From: Mobula hypostoma
Taxonomy: Eukaryota
DNA length: 64,000 nucleotides
Direction: 5' to 3'
Assembly (NCBI RefSeq): GCF_963921235.1
Contig: NC_086097.1
Coordinates: 140,740,001 to 140,804,000 of the forward strand
The position numbers were made by a program, and so were the translations under genes. Below are positions 11,201-24,900 of the stretch, piece by piece (position 1 is the stretch's first letter; each line of letters starts with the position of its first letter). Under the pieces are notes generated by a model. That model worked only from the letters and a program-made list of their open reading frames with translations. It did not search any database and was not told the DNA's origin.

Positions 11201-12106
11201 CAAATTGTCGAGGACCTGGCAGAGATATTTCTATAACCGTTAGCCACGGGTTAGGGTAACAGAAGAGTATAAGGTGGCTACTGGTGTGTTTGTTTGAGAA
11301 GTGGTGTAAGGACAAACTAGGGAACTACAGGGATGCGAGCCTAAAATCAGAGCCGGGAAATTTACAAGAAGATATGGGATAAACCAGCAATTGGGATTGA
11401 AATGCCTCATCAAATAATCAGCATGATATTGTGTATTGGAAAACATGTCAAGAAATTAATATTTTTGAAGAGGTAACCAAGAGGATCAAGGAGAACAGGG
11501 TGGTAATAATTGACAATATTGATTTTTGCAAATTTCAACAAAGTTCTGCATGGTAAGCTGGTCCAGAAGATCAGAACACATGCGATTGAGCATGGACGAG
11601 CCACTTGCATACAGACTTATCCTGGTGTTAGCAGTCCAAGTGGTGGGGAATCTGTGTTCATTGGTGTTCCACAGGGATCATGCTGGGTACACTATTGTTG
11701 ATTAGCCACAGATGTACATTAATTATATAGAAGATAATGTAGTCAGCATGGTTAGTAAGTTTGTGAATCAAATCAAACGCAACAGTGTGGTGGACAGTGA
11801 AGAAGGCTCCTAGAGATTACAACAGGATCATTCTGGATGCGGAGCAGAGAAATAATGGCGCTAAACGGCGACTCCTTTACTTGCATCTTCGGAACAGCTC
11901 TATTTCCATCTTTAATATCTTTATTTTTCTCTTTCAGGGTTCTTTTGAAGACCCCGACTTGGAGTTACACGCTGACTTCGGTAGAAACCCTACTGTTGTA
12001 ATTAATATTAAAATCCTTCTGTTGAACAGTAATAAATCCTATTACAAGGCAATTCGGTATCGTTATGGCTCTCTCACCCTGGATCTCGTGTAATCTTACA
12101 TTGCAG

Positions 12107-13620
12107 TGTTACAATGAGCGAATGAAGCGAACCCAAGTGCAGAACACAGGCACGGAGATTGAATTAGGATGCTAACGCGGATGTGAACGTTGAATAGCAA
12201 ACAGGAGGGATCTTAACACGGAGCCTTGATACTGAGAGACGGAGTTCATAGGTAAACCTTGAAACTGGAGCAAAACTTAGAGCACACGGTCCTAAGCGGC
12301 CGGGAAACGTTAATTACCACGCAGGCAAAACCAACGATCTGGCGACTAGTGCGTGTAACGCCAGGGTTCTTATGCTACAGGTCTTGATGGAAACCATTTT
12401 TTTAATTTAGTGCAATCGTGCACAATAGCCAGATCAGAAATACTGATCAAGTCAACTAGTTCCCAAAGAGAACTCTAACAGGCCAATCAGATGGCTCACT
12501 GCTGCTCAGCGATACAACACACACAAAAAAACAGGCTCAAGGGCCGCTAGCCCCTCTAACCCAAAAACACACCTGAGCAGTGTGGCGGAGGTATGCACTG
12601 TGCATGACCTGATCGGAAAGCATCATGTTGACCCATAACAGATCGTGTTCATGGTGGAACAGCTTAGTCAAGGATGGGGTGATCAGCACAGATGGACAAA
12701 TTATACCTCCACTACCCCGTAAATTAGCGGTCGAAACCGTGGCACAATCAAAGGAAATTAGGAGAAAGGTAGGGAATTAATGATCGTGACCTTGATAGCA
12801 TCTTCCCCACAACGGGAGTCTCCAGGCGAACGACCAGGCTTGTCCGGATTGTCTCGATGGAAACAATGTGAACGGTGTAGTCCAGTAACGAAATCCACAG
12901 CAATGTGAGAGCAAGGGCGGCTAGAGACAGGTAGGGCACGAAGCAACCCAGTAGGAAGTCTATGGGACGCTTTTCCGCGGGCACAAACAGTATAGGCAGA
13001 GTCGAAGGAACGGGTGTCAGCGTCCATGGCGGGCCACCAGAAATGTCTCTTCAGAAGGAACAGAGTCCGATCGATTCCGGGATGGCAGGCGCAACAAGAA
13101 GTGTGCCCCCATTGGAGAACCTGAGACCGAACCGAGTCAGGCACGAAGAGGCGATTGGAGAGTCCATTGCCTGGGTCAGGTTGAATCCGTTGGGCCTCTT
13201 TGACTATGGATTCCATCTCCCAGGTGAGGGCAGCCACTACACAGGTCGGTGGAAGGATGGTCTCGGGGTTGGGAAGGCCCTCCTCGGAGACGTATTGACG
13301 GGAGAGAGCATCGGGCTTCCCGCTCTTGGACCCCGGACGATAGATGAGTGTGAATCTGAAACAGCCAAAAAAAAGTGGTGCCCAACGGACTTGGCGGGAA
13401 TTCAGGCGTTTTGCGGTTTGGATATTTGCGAGATTCTTGTGATCTGTCCAGACGATGAATGGATGTTCTGCTCCCTCCAACAAGTTCCTCCACTCCTCCA
13501 AAGCGAGTTTGTCGGCCAGTAATTCCCGGTTCCCTACGTCGCAGTTTCGTTCGGCGGGGGATAGTCGGCGAGAAAAGAAGTTTTTGGTCTGGGCCGGAGC
13601 GTTGGACGAGGACCTTTCCC
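12107..13620 (-). mobile_element. pol: Ty3/Gypsy LTR retrotransposon fragment (RNase H, integrase zinc finger, probable 3' LTR)
   Basis: ORF 12758-13642: [50 protein letters not shown]-like end TGTTACA at 12107. Confidence 0.85.
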
Positions 13621-14774
13621 ACCCCAGCATGATTGAGTTCAATTTGCCATTTGATAGGGAGAAAGTAAAGTTTGACGTAGCAGTATTTCAGTGGAGTAAA
13701 GAAAATTACAGTGGTATAAGAGAGGAGCTGGCCAAAATAAACTGAATGTTGTTGCCAGGGATGGCAGCAGAAAGGCAATGACGCGAGATTCTTGGAAAAT
13801 TGAGGAAGGTGCAGTATAGATGAATTCCAAAAACAAAGAAATATTAAAATGGCAAAATAGTACAACCCGGGATGACAAGGAAAGTCAAAGTTAATGTAAA
13901 GGCAAAAGAGATAGCATACAATAAAGCAAGAATCAGTGGGAAGATAAATGATTGGAAAGCTTTTAAAATCCTACAGAGAGGAACTAAAATAATCATTAGG
14001 AGGACAAATATGAAAGAAGAAAGCAAGTTAGCAAACAATTATAAAGTGGATATTTAAAGCTTTTTCAAGTATGTAAAAATAAAAGAGATGAGAGTGGATA
14101 TAGGACAGCTATAAAACGAGGCCAGAGAAGTAATAACGGGGGACAAAGAGGTGGCGGAGGAACTAAATGAGTATCTTGTACCAGTCTTCACTGTGGAAGA
14201 GACTAGATGTTGAAGGATGTGAGGTAAGAGAAGTGAATGCAGTTACTATTACAAGAAAGGAGGTACTCAAAGAGCTGATGGATCTAAGGCTACAAAAGTC
14301 ACCCGGACCAGATGAACTGCACCCTAGGGTTCTGAAAAAGGCAGTGGTAGAGATAGTGGAGGCATAAGTAATGATCTTTCAAAAACCATTGGACTCTGGC
14401 GTGGTGCCAGAGGACTAGAAAATTGTAAATGTTACCCCATTCTTTAAGAAAGGAGGAAGGCAGCAGAACGAAGCTATAGACCAGTTAGCCTTACCTCAGT
14501 GGTTGGAAAGATGTTGTATTCAATTGTTGAGAATGAGGTGATGGAGTACTTGGTGACAAAGGACACGACAGGACAAACTCATCATGGTTTCCTTCGGGAA
14601 AGTCTTGTCTGACGAACTGGGTGGAATTCTTTGAGGAGGTTACAAGTAGGATGGATAAAAGAGATGCAGTGGATGTTGTATATTTGGACGTTTAGAAAGC
14701 CTTTGACAAGGTGCGACACATGAGTCTGCTTACCAACTTAAGAGCCAATGGCACAGAGGGAAGTTATTGGCATG

Positions 14775-16398
14775 TGTAGCCCCCGTGGCCAGCCTCAGGG
14801 TCACTCGGCTCGCTGTCGTCTAGGGAAACAGCCTCGGCCCCGCCAATTTGGGTAATTAGTTTGTGTGGATGCTGTGTGACGTACCCGGCCCAGCCCAAAT
14901 AACAGACAATACACCAGATACGATTAAATGTTTTACAGTTTATAGATATTACTGGAACTATATAATTAATAGAGAATAAAATATAAAAGGAAAATAAAAG
15001 GCGCCACACATATCAAAGTTCAATCTCTTCGTGCACAAACAGTTGGAGCATTAAGCTCTTTCCAATGTTGTAAAATACATCTTTTCGCCATTAAAGTAAG
15101 AAATGCAATCATTCTACGGGCTGAAGGGGAAAGATTACTAGAAATTTTAGGTAGTCCAAAGATAGCAGTAATAGGGTGAGGAGAGATATCTATATTTAAT
15201 ACCTTAGAAATAATATTGAAAATATCTCTCCAAAAAGTTTCCAAAGTAGGGCAAGACCAAAACATATGAGTTAAAGAGGCTATCTGCCCCGAACATCTAT
15301 CACAGAAAGGATTAATATGCGAGTAAAAACGCGCTAACTTATCTTTGGACATATGTGCTCTATGCACCACTTTAAATTGAATTAGGGAATGTTTAGCACA
15401 AATAGAGGAAGTATTAACTAATTGTAAAATCTGCCCCCAATCATCCACAGAAATGGTAAGCCCCAATTCCTGTTCCCAATCTACCTTTTTTTGGTTTTCT
15501 CAGACGATTTTATGTTTGAATCTGGAGAAAATTAGAAGTAACCTTTATGATTCTTCATTTAAATTTGAACAGATTTGGGGACCTTTTATTCGATATTTTC
15601 ATTTAATGTAATATTTACCCTTCTTGTTTTTTTTTTCACTGTTTTAATGGAGGTCGGGATTGAGGACGTGATTTTAAGTTTAGCTCTGTTTGGTTTCAAG
15701 TTAGCCCATTGCTTTGCTTTGCTTTTAGTTAGTTGCACGGTGGGTTTTTTTTTGGGGTTTTTTTTTTCTTTTTTTCCATTGATATATATAAAATCTAGTA
15801 TACTATTATGTTATTTTGGTTTCTTATGCTTAAATTACATTGTTTGTAGTATTTTCTTTTTGGTATTGTTATCTTTTGGAATTTTATTATACTTTAACAT
15901 TGTATTAATGTTTATATGGCTTACCTTTTTTGTATACTTACTCAATAAAAAGATTTAAAAAGAAAGACAAACAGTTGGAGCTCAGGACCCTTCTTCACCC
16001 TGCGACCCCTCGGACGACCTCGATCGGCCGCCTGGGACCAACAACGGTGGTCGACCAGACGCTCCACACGAGTCCGTCTCCGTCTCCTCGTCGAACGCCC
16101 TCCTCGGGGCCCGACCCCGTTAGCGGACATCGCAGCACCAGGTCCATCCTCTGTCTCTCTCTCCCGCCTTCTGCCTCCAAAATCCCGCGCATACAAATCT
16201 TCCAGATACACCAAAATCATAACAACTGTCCCAATTGGTTCGTAATATCTTCTTATCACAGCCTAACCCAAAACAAGCTGCTTGCGCAAAAACTTTCCCA
16301 GCGTTTAACATAACAAAGAAGCATTCCCAAGTATATAATAACAAAGAAGCCATTTTAATTAGCCTACGTAGTAACATAAGAGTCGAAACCCCCTTACA
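14775..16398. mobile_element. Solo LTR (about 690 bp without the nested L1)
   Basis: TGTAG...TTACA termini with a perfect 4-bp TSD CATG (14771-14774, 16399-16402). Confidence 0.85.
15050..15966 (+). mobile_element. 5'-truncated, 5'-inverted L1 LINE
   Basis: The minus-strand Cys-rich ORF2 part (CDRC..HMFWSC..WKELNAPT) is continued on + by FWFSQ..LEKIR..WGPFIRYF-stop, a 3'UTR and an A-rich tail. 15-bp TSD ACAAACAGTTGGAGC. Confidence 0.88.
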
Positions 16399-16524
16399 CA
16401 TGGTTAGAGAATTGGTTGATTGGTAGGAGGCAGAGAGTGAGAATAAACAGATCCTTTTCTGGTTGACTGCCAGTGACTAGTGGTGTTCCACAGGGGTCGG
16501 TGTTGGGTACGCCTCCTTTTATGC

Positions 16525-19500
16525 ATAGAAACATAGAAAACCTACAGTACAATACAGGCCCTTCAGCCCACAAAGTTGTGCCGAACGTGTCCCTACCTTA
16601 GAAATTACTCAGGTTACCCATAGCCCTCTATTTTTCTAAGCTCCATGTCTCTCTCAAAGGTCTCTTAGAATACCCTATTCTATCCGCCTCCTCCACCGTT
16701 GCCGGCATTCACCACTCCCTGCGTAAAAATCTTACCTCAGGCATCTCCTCTGTACCAACTCCGAAGCACCTTAAACCTGTGCCTTCTTGAGGTAGCCATT
16801 TTAGCCCTGGGAAAAAGCCTCTGACTATCCACACGATCATCATCTTATACACCCCTCATAGTCCGTCTCATGGTCACCTCTCATCGTCCGTCGCTCCAAG
16901 GAGAAAAGGCCGAGTCCACTCAACATGTTTTTTTCATAAGGCATGCTGCCCAATCCAGGCAACATCCTTGTAAATCTCCACTGCACCCTTTCTATGGTTT
17001 CCACATCCTTCCTGTAGTGAGGCGACCAGAACAGAGCTCAGTACTCCAAGTGGGGTCTGACCAGGGTCCTATATAGCTGCAACATTACCTCTCAGCTCCC
17101 AAATTCAATTCCACGATTGATGAAGGCCAATACACCGTATGCCTTCTGAACCACAGAGTTAACCTGCGCAGCTGCTTTGAGCGTCCTGTGGACTCGGACC
17201 GCAAGATTCCTCTGATCCTCCACACTGCCAAGAGTCTTACCATTAGTACTATATTCTACCATCATATTTGACCTACCAAAATGAACCACTTCACACTTAT
17301 CTTGGTTGAACTCTATCTGCCTCTTCTCAGCCCAGTTTTTCATCCTATCAATGCCCCGCTGCAAACTCTGAAAGCCCTCAACACTATCCACAACACCTCC
17401 AACCTTTGTATCATCAGCAAACATACTAACCCACCCCTCCACTTCTTCATCCAGGTCATTTATAAAAATCATGAAGAGAAAGGGTCCCAGAACAGATTCC
17501 TGAGGCACACCACTGGTCACCGACCCCCATGCAGAATATGACCCGTCCACAACCACACTTTGCCTTGTGTGGGCATGCCATTTCTGGATCCACAAAGAAA
17601 TGTCCCCTTGGATCCCATGCCTCCTTAATTACTCAATAAGCCTTGCATGGGGTACCTTATCAAATGCCTTACTGAAATCCATATACACTACATCTACTGC
17701 TCTTGCTTCATCAATGTGTTTAGTCACATCCTCAAAAACATTCAATCAAGCTCGTAAGGCACGACCTGCCCTCGACAAAGCCATGCAGACTATTCCTAAT
17801 CATATTATACCTCTCCAAATGTTCATGAATCCTGCCTCTCAGGATCTTCTCCATCAACTTACCAACCACGGAGATAAGACTCACTGGTCTATAATTTCCT
17901 GGGCTATCTCTACCTCCTTGCTTGAATAAGGGAACAACATCCGCAACCCTACGGAACCTCTCCCGTCCTCATTGATGATGCAAAGATCATCGCAAGAGGC
18001 TCAGCAATCTCCTCCCTCTCCTCCCACAGTAGCCTGGGGTACATCTCGTCCGGTCCCGGTGACTTATCCAACTTGATGCTTTCCAAAAGATCCACCACAT
18101 CCTCTTTTTTAATATCTACATGCTCAACCTTTTCAGTCTGCTGCAAGTCATCACTACAATCACCAAGATCCTTTTCCATACTGAATACTGAAGTAAAGCA
18201 TTCATTAAGTACCTCTGCTTTTTCCTCCGGTTCCATACGCACTTTCCCACTGTCACACTTCATAGATCCTATTCTTTTACGCCTTATCCTTTTGCTCTTC
18301 ACATACTTGTAGAATGACTTGGGGTTTTCCTTAATCCTGCCCGCCAAGGCCTTCTCATGGCCCCTTCTGGCTCTCCTAATTTCTTTCTTAAGCTCCTTCC
18401 TGTTAGCCTTAGAATCTTCTAGATCTTGAACATTACATAGCTCTCTGAACCTTTCGTAAGCTTTTCTTTTCTTCTTGACTAGAGTTACTACAGCCTTTGT
18501 ACACCACGGTTCCTGTACCCCACCATAACTTCCCTGACTCCTTGGAACGTACCTGTGCTGAACTCTACACATATATCCCCTGAATATTTGCCACATTTCT
18601 TCCGTCCCTTTCCCTGAGAACATCTGTTCCAAATTTATGCTTCCAAGTTCCTGCCTAATAGCCTCATAATTCCCCTTACTCAAATTAAACGCTTTTCTAA
18701 CTTATCTGTTCCTATCTTTCTCCAATGCCATTGCAAAGGAGATGGAATTATGATCACTATCTCCAAAATGCTCTCTCACTGAGAGATCTGACACCTGACC
18801 AGGTTCATTTCCCAATACCAAATCAAGTACAGTCTCTCCTCTTGTAGGCTTATCTACATATTGCGTCAAGAAAGCTTCCTGAACACACCTAAAAACTTCA
18901 CTCCATCTAAACCCCTTGCTCTAGGGAGATGCCAATCTATATTTGGGGGATTAAAATCTCCCACCACGCCAACTCTGTTATTATTACACCTTTTGCAGGA
19001 TCTGCTTCCCTATATGCTCCTTGATATCCCTGTTACTATAGGGCAGCCTATAAAATTACCCAGTAATGTTATTTACCCCTTCTTGTTCCTAACCTCCACC
19101 TACAGAGACTCTGTAGACCATCCCTCCATGACGTCCACCTTGTCTGCTGCCGTGACACTATCTCTGATCAACAGTGCCACGCCCCCACCTCTTTTGCCTC
19201 CCTCCCTGTGCTTTCTGAAACATCTAAGACCCGGCGCTTGAAGTAACCATTCCTGTCCCTGAGCCATCCAAGTCTCTCTAATGGCCACCACATCATAGCT
19301 CCAAGTACTGATCCACATTCTAAACTCATCCGCTTTGTTCACAATACTCTTTGCGTTAAAATAGACATAGCTCAAACCGCCGGTCTGAGCGCATCCCTTC
19401 TCTATCACCTGCTTATCCTCCCTCAAACACTGTCTACAAGCTTTCTCTATTTGTGAGCTAACGGCCTCTTCCCCAGTCTCTCCAGTTCGGTTCCCACCCC

Positions 19501-20640
19501 CCAACAATTCTAGTTTAAACTCTCCCCAGTAGGCTTCGCAAACCTCCCCGCCAGGATAATGGTCCCTCAGGGATTCAAGTGCAACCCGTCCGTTTTGTAC
19601 AGGTCACACCTGCCCCAAAAGAGGTTCCAATGATCCAGAAATCTTAATCCCTGCCCCCGCTCAATCCCTCAGCCACGCATTTATCCTCCATCTCATTCTA
19701 TTCCTGTGTTCACTGTCACGTGGCACAGGCAGTACAACCTTTGCGGTCCTGCTTCTCAACTTCCTTCCTAACTCCCTGTAGACTGTTTTTATGAGCTCTT
19801 CCCTTTTCCTACCTATGTCACTGGTACCAATAAATACCACGACCTCTGCCTGTATTCCCTCCCACTGCAGAATATCATGGACGCGATCTGAAACATCCCA
19901 GACCCTGGCACCTGGGAGGCAAACTGCGATCGAGTTTCTTTCCTGCGTCCGGAGAATCGCCTGACTGACTCCTAACTATAGAGTCCCCTATCACTACTGC
20001 CTTTCCCTACCCTTCTGAGCCACAGGGCCAGACTCTATGCCATAGGCACGGCCACTGTTGCTTCCCCCAGGTAGGCTGCCCTCCCCAACAGTGCTCAAAC
20101 AGGTGTACTTATTGTTCAGGGGACAGCCACAGGGGTACCCTCTAGTACATGACTCTTCCCTTTCCCTCTCCTGACTGTTACCCACTTGTCTGTCTCCCGT
20201 GGCCCCGGTGTGACCACCTGCCTATAACTCCTTTCTATCATCTCCTCGCTCTCCCTGACCAGACGAAGGTCATCGAGCTGCAACTCCAGTTCGCTAACGC
20301 GGTCCAGATATGGCCGTCCGGCAGGCTGGGAGACTCCAGGACTTCCCAAATCTGACACCGAGCCCATAACACTGGCCTCACACATATGCTTCCTTTCCGC
20401 AATTAATACAGGTTAGGTAAACATACCTCGGCTCGTCCCGTTACCGCCCAAGCCCTGTGAGCTAAAGCACTATCACTCTGCTACCCTCTTATTCTGCTGC
20501 CCGCTAGATATGGCGGTCTTCTTTCTAAACTTTTCCCGCTCTACTGGCTGCCGTCACGCGCCTGCGCATTCTTGCCTCTCTTTACCCCGAGTAGTACAAT
20601 GTCTTCTTTCCGAAAATCCTTAGCCGTTCCATTCGCAGCC
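16525..20640 (-). mobile_element. Near-full-length CR1 LINE, degenerate
   Basis: ORF1 (ELELQLDDLRLVRE), endonuclease (YFNAKSIVNK) and RT (FADDTKVGG) fragments, with a reverse 3' tail at 16525. Confidence 0.88.
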
Positions 20641-21778
20641 TTCTTGCTTCGAATGCAGTATGTCAATGACTTAGATGATGGAATAGATTTCTTGTCAAGT
20701 TTGCTGATCATATGAAGATTGGTGGAGGGGCAGTTAGTGTTGAGGAAACAGGTAGGCTGGAAAGGACTTAGACAGATTAGCAGAATGGGCAAGAAAGTCG
20801 CAAATGAAATACGATGTCGAAAAATGCATGGTCATGCACGTCGGTAGTAGAAATAAATGCGCAGTTTATTTTCTAAACAAACAGAAAATCCAAAAATCTG
20901 AGATGCAGAGGCACACGGTAGTCCTTCTGCAGAACACCCTTTCTGGTCGAGTCGGTGGTGAGGAAGGAAAATGCAATGTTAAGAATTCCTTTCAAGGGTT
21001 ATAGAATACAAGAGCAGGAATGTGACGATGAGGATTTATAAGGCACTGGTGAGGCCTTATCTTCAGTACTGTGAACAGTTTTCGGCTCCTCATCTTAGGA
21101 AAGATGTGCTGCTATTATAGCGGGTCCAGGGAGGTTCACAAGGATGATTCCGGGAATGAAAGGGCTATCATACGAGGAAAGTTCGCAGGCTTTGGGTCGG
21201 TACTCACTGAAATTTAGAAGGACAGGGGCACCTCATTGAAACCTGTCCAATGTTGAAAGGCCTGGACAGAGTGGATATGGATAGGATGCTTCCCGTGGTG
21301 GGGGAGTCTAGGAGAAGAGGGCACAGACTCAGGTGAGAGGGGCGTCCATTTAAAACAGAGATGCAGAGAAATTTCTTCAACCAGAGGGTAGTGAACTTGT
21401 GGAATCTCTTACCACAGGCAGGTCTTTGGGCGGATTTCAGGCAGAAATTGGTAGGTTCTAGATTGGAAACGGCATCAAAAGTTACTGGGAGAAGGCTGGG
21501 GAAGTGCTGCTAAGGAAGGAAAAAAAGGAATAGCCATGATTGAATGGCGGAGCAGACTCGATGAGCCAAATAGCCTCATTCTGCTCCTCTGTCTTATTTT
21601 CCAATGGTCGTATCAGTCTTGCCTTTCCAAATGCTCCGAAATCTCGACCCACAGAAGTTCGTCCAGTAATTAGTCTATATTTTCATGGCTTGTCCTTGCC
21701 TGTCTATGCTTTGTCTACTCAAACGTCTGTCGAAATGCTCTTTAAAAATAGTATTAGTGTCTGAATCCACAAAATAAT

Positions 21779-22543
21779 TGTCATGGTACAGATCGGGATC
21801 CCTTTAAATTTACTTTGTTTATATTACGATCCGGACCGTTGACTCACTGTTTCCCTTTGGTTCCCCGTTTCCCGTATCCCTCGGGCTTGGTGATTGGAGG
21901 CAATTTACTCCCGGGAGCACCGGCAGTTTATAGTCTCCGGCTTTCAGCATTTCGGGGCGAGAGCATTAACAAAGACACCGAAGGTACTGCGAGCCAATGT
22001 CATCTGGCCGGAGCAAGTCTAGTCTCCTCCCGAAGCAAGTGCCAGCAAGCCGACTTCCCTTGTCAGTACGGGTCGGTCAAAGTTAACCCGCTGGGGTGAG
22101 TCTAGAGCTCGCCACGGCTGCGAGAGTACTTGAGCCCAGTTGTAGTTCGGTCCATCGTTGTGTGGTCTCTGTATGCATATCGTGCGTCTAAAAGGGGTCC
22201 CGGCCCTGTACCCTGGGAGGGTCCTGACCCTGTGTCAAGAAGAGTCCCGACTCCATCCTGTGTCTAAGGAGGATTCCCGGCTCTATGTTTTATGTCCCGT
22301 GTCTGAGTTTGTCCCGTGAATAAGAAGAGTCCCTGGTCCCGGAGGCTCCAAGTCTCAAGTGCTGGCCCGGCGGTCCGTGATTCCGAGTCCTAGCCCAGAC
22401 CCTTAGTCCGAGCATAGTCCATGGCCTGAGTCATTATCCTGTACGCTTTTCCCGCTTCTGCTTTGCTCTCCTTGCAACGAGCATAGGGTTTTTGTGTCTT
22501 GCATTTGGGTCCACCCTTGCTCCCAGCACCACGCATTGTGACA
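21779..22543 (+). mobile_element. Solo LTR, family A, 765 bp
   Basis: TGTCA...TGACA with a perfect TSD ATAAT. Confidence 0.88.
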
Positions 22544-24900
22544 ATAATTCCTTTATCAAAGTTTATTTCATATTTATATATAGGGAAATATTAAATAGTA
22601 AGACAGAAAAACTCAACATACACAAAGTAAACAATATCAGTTACCTGTGCAAAGCCACCATTCCCATGGAAGACCTCTAAACAGCTGTTTCAACAGTCCC
22701 ACAAAGGAAATCATCACTGATGCTCAGGAAATCACCACAATCGAAGCTTTATTTCTTCAGAGCCCATTCATTTTTGTTCATTTACATTTTCAAAATCACA
22801 ATATACTTTAATAGTAAGTTACATCCTATTCCGAAACATGACAATTTTGTGCATTTTACATTGACTTTGTGATTAGCATTCGTTTAGGAGACGGATTACA
22901 ATAATGAAAGTTATATAAGTGATGAGAACGTTTCAAAACTTCACAAAACGTATTGTAATAGAAAAAAATTCAACACCTGGACTGATAGCCTGCCATTTCT
23001 AGATATTAAACTGACTCGTGGGAAAATATTTTAAATAATTATGCAATTTATTTATGAAATGAGAATAATAATTGACATGTTAGAGGTTAACTGTAAAAAC
23101 ATACTATCAACAAACAATACAGCAAACAACAAACAGTACTTAGGTGAAAAAACTCGTGGTAATATAAGATGGCAGGAATTATTTATGCCATATATATTCC
23201 ATCTGTGGAATGTCACAAATTAGAAAGATGAAGACTTTTGAAGATGCCTACTTCATTGCAGTTAGACCACTGACTTATGGTTTGCAGTTCCTGCAGTATG
23301 AAAGGACAAACATACAGAGGATAGATGATACTACGTAGACACCTGGAAATGCAATTGTGCAATCGTTACCAGTTATTTGGAATGAAATAATCTGCAAATT
23401 TCTGCATATTACTGAAACTAAAATATGATTATAAGTATGCAGCTTAGTTGTAGTTGTAGAAAAGATGCAGTTCATAATTCCTTGACTCTCTTCTTGCTTT
23501 TACTTTTGTTAACTTACCTGACGTTGCCAAAGAATGATTAGGTTCCGACAGTTTTGATTTGGGTCATAATTTCGGTCACTATACTCCGCGGTACCTTTTT
23601 TCATGGTACAATATATTTCTACGCCAGCTGCTTTTATCTTCACGGTTCTAATGAAGACGCACAAGAAAATGCATACACAGTTTGAAAATGGAAATGGGAG
23701 TTTTGCGTTATGTTTGCTCAGCCTGCAAAGTCCATATTGCTTGGATTAATGAAATAATCTGTGACTAAATTTCAATCAATAAAGTCACTATCTCTCATTA
23801 TCTGAAACCTTTAAATTTTCCACAACAACTTCTATTTATAAAGCACTTACAAAGGTACCAAGTATACAGATGCGTAACCAAACAAAAAATGAGGAAATGA
23901 GGGATCCAATTTTCATGAAAACCATAGGTCTTAATGACTGCCCCAAGGGAAAGATGGTAGGTGGCAAAATAGGAAGCTTCAGGGTGTCATTCCGGAATTC
24001 AGGAGTCCACTATTCGACCTGTTATTCAGCAACTAATTTCAGGGAAGAACAAGAGGGAGAAATGTTGGAAACGGGAACAAGAGGGAGAAATGTTGGAAAC
24101 GGGTATACGAAAAAACTGCCGTGAAAAGGCAATGGAGAGGTTTGAATATTCGATTCAAATTTTATAACAAGATGCTATTCATCATTTCTCTTCACCAGTG
24201 GAAGAAGACAGCGAATGATCAATGTGTAGGTGAGGCAGATAGATGCTTCACTCTAACCTTATACCTGTGTACTTCGGTTTTCTCCATCCCAGCTACGAGG
24301 GTCAAGTTTCCTACCGCCAGTCCTGTCTTCGCCCCTCCTAGTTTTCTTAACCTCGGTTTCCTCAGAACCCAGACACTCCAGTGTCTTATCCTCACTGAAA
24401 TTCTCCATCACAGGCAACAACGTGATAAATGTCCTCTGCGCCCTCTCTCATACAATCGCATCCTCCCCATAGTTAGTAACTAGAACAGAGCACAGCGCTC
24501 CGTCTTTGGTCCTATAAACGTAAAATTGTGTCACAGACTCGCTGTTCTCATACTCTAAGCGCAGGATAAAGAGCGCACCGCACGTATCTCGCATGCCATC
24601 GTCTCCACCCTCTCTGCCGGTGATTCTACCTTTAGGAATCCTCAGACTTGTGCTCAAAGCTTGATTCGTCATTTTCCCTGAGGCCCGACCGTGCAATGTG
24701 AATGATTTGGCCTTATTAGTCCGCCGAGAAACGCCTCGAATCATATTTATTAGGATTAAATTTCATTTACCAATACTCTGGCTCACTTCCCAATTGATCA
24801 CTATCGTCTTGTACCTGAGATTCCTTTGTGACATCCCTGGGTACCTTCTTTGTTTGAGGGTAAATTGATCAATCCGGAAAATCGAACACGCGAAAAATGA

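Larger units (their letters stand above)
13625..21600 (+). mobile_element. CR1 LINE (+) hosting nested insertions; host pieces 13625-14774, 16399-16523, about 20650-21600
   Basis: The CR1 ORF2 sequence continues across both insertions and ends in a CR1 3' tail near 21590. Confidence 0.8.

Noticed and set aside
22544-24900. Possible exons in the duplicated AT-rich block
   Set aside because: No reading frame is conserved between this copy and 52320-54300, and indels are frequent.
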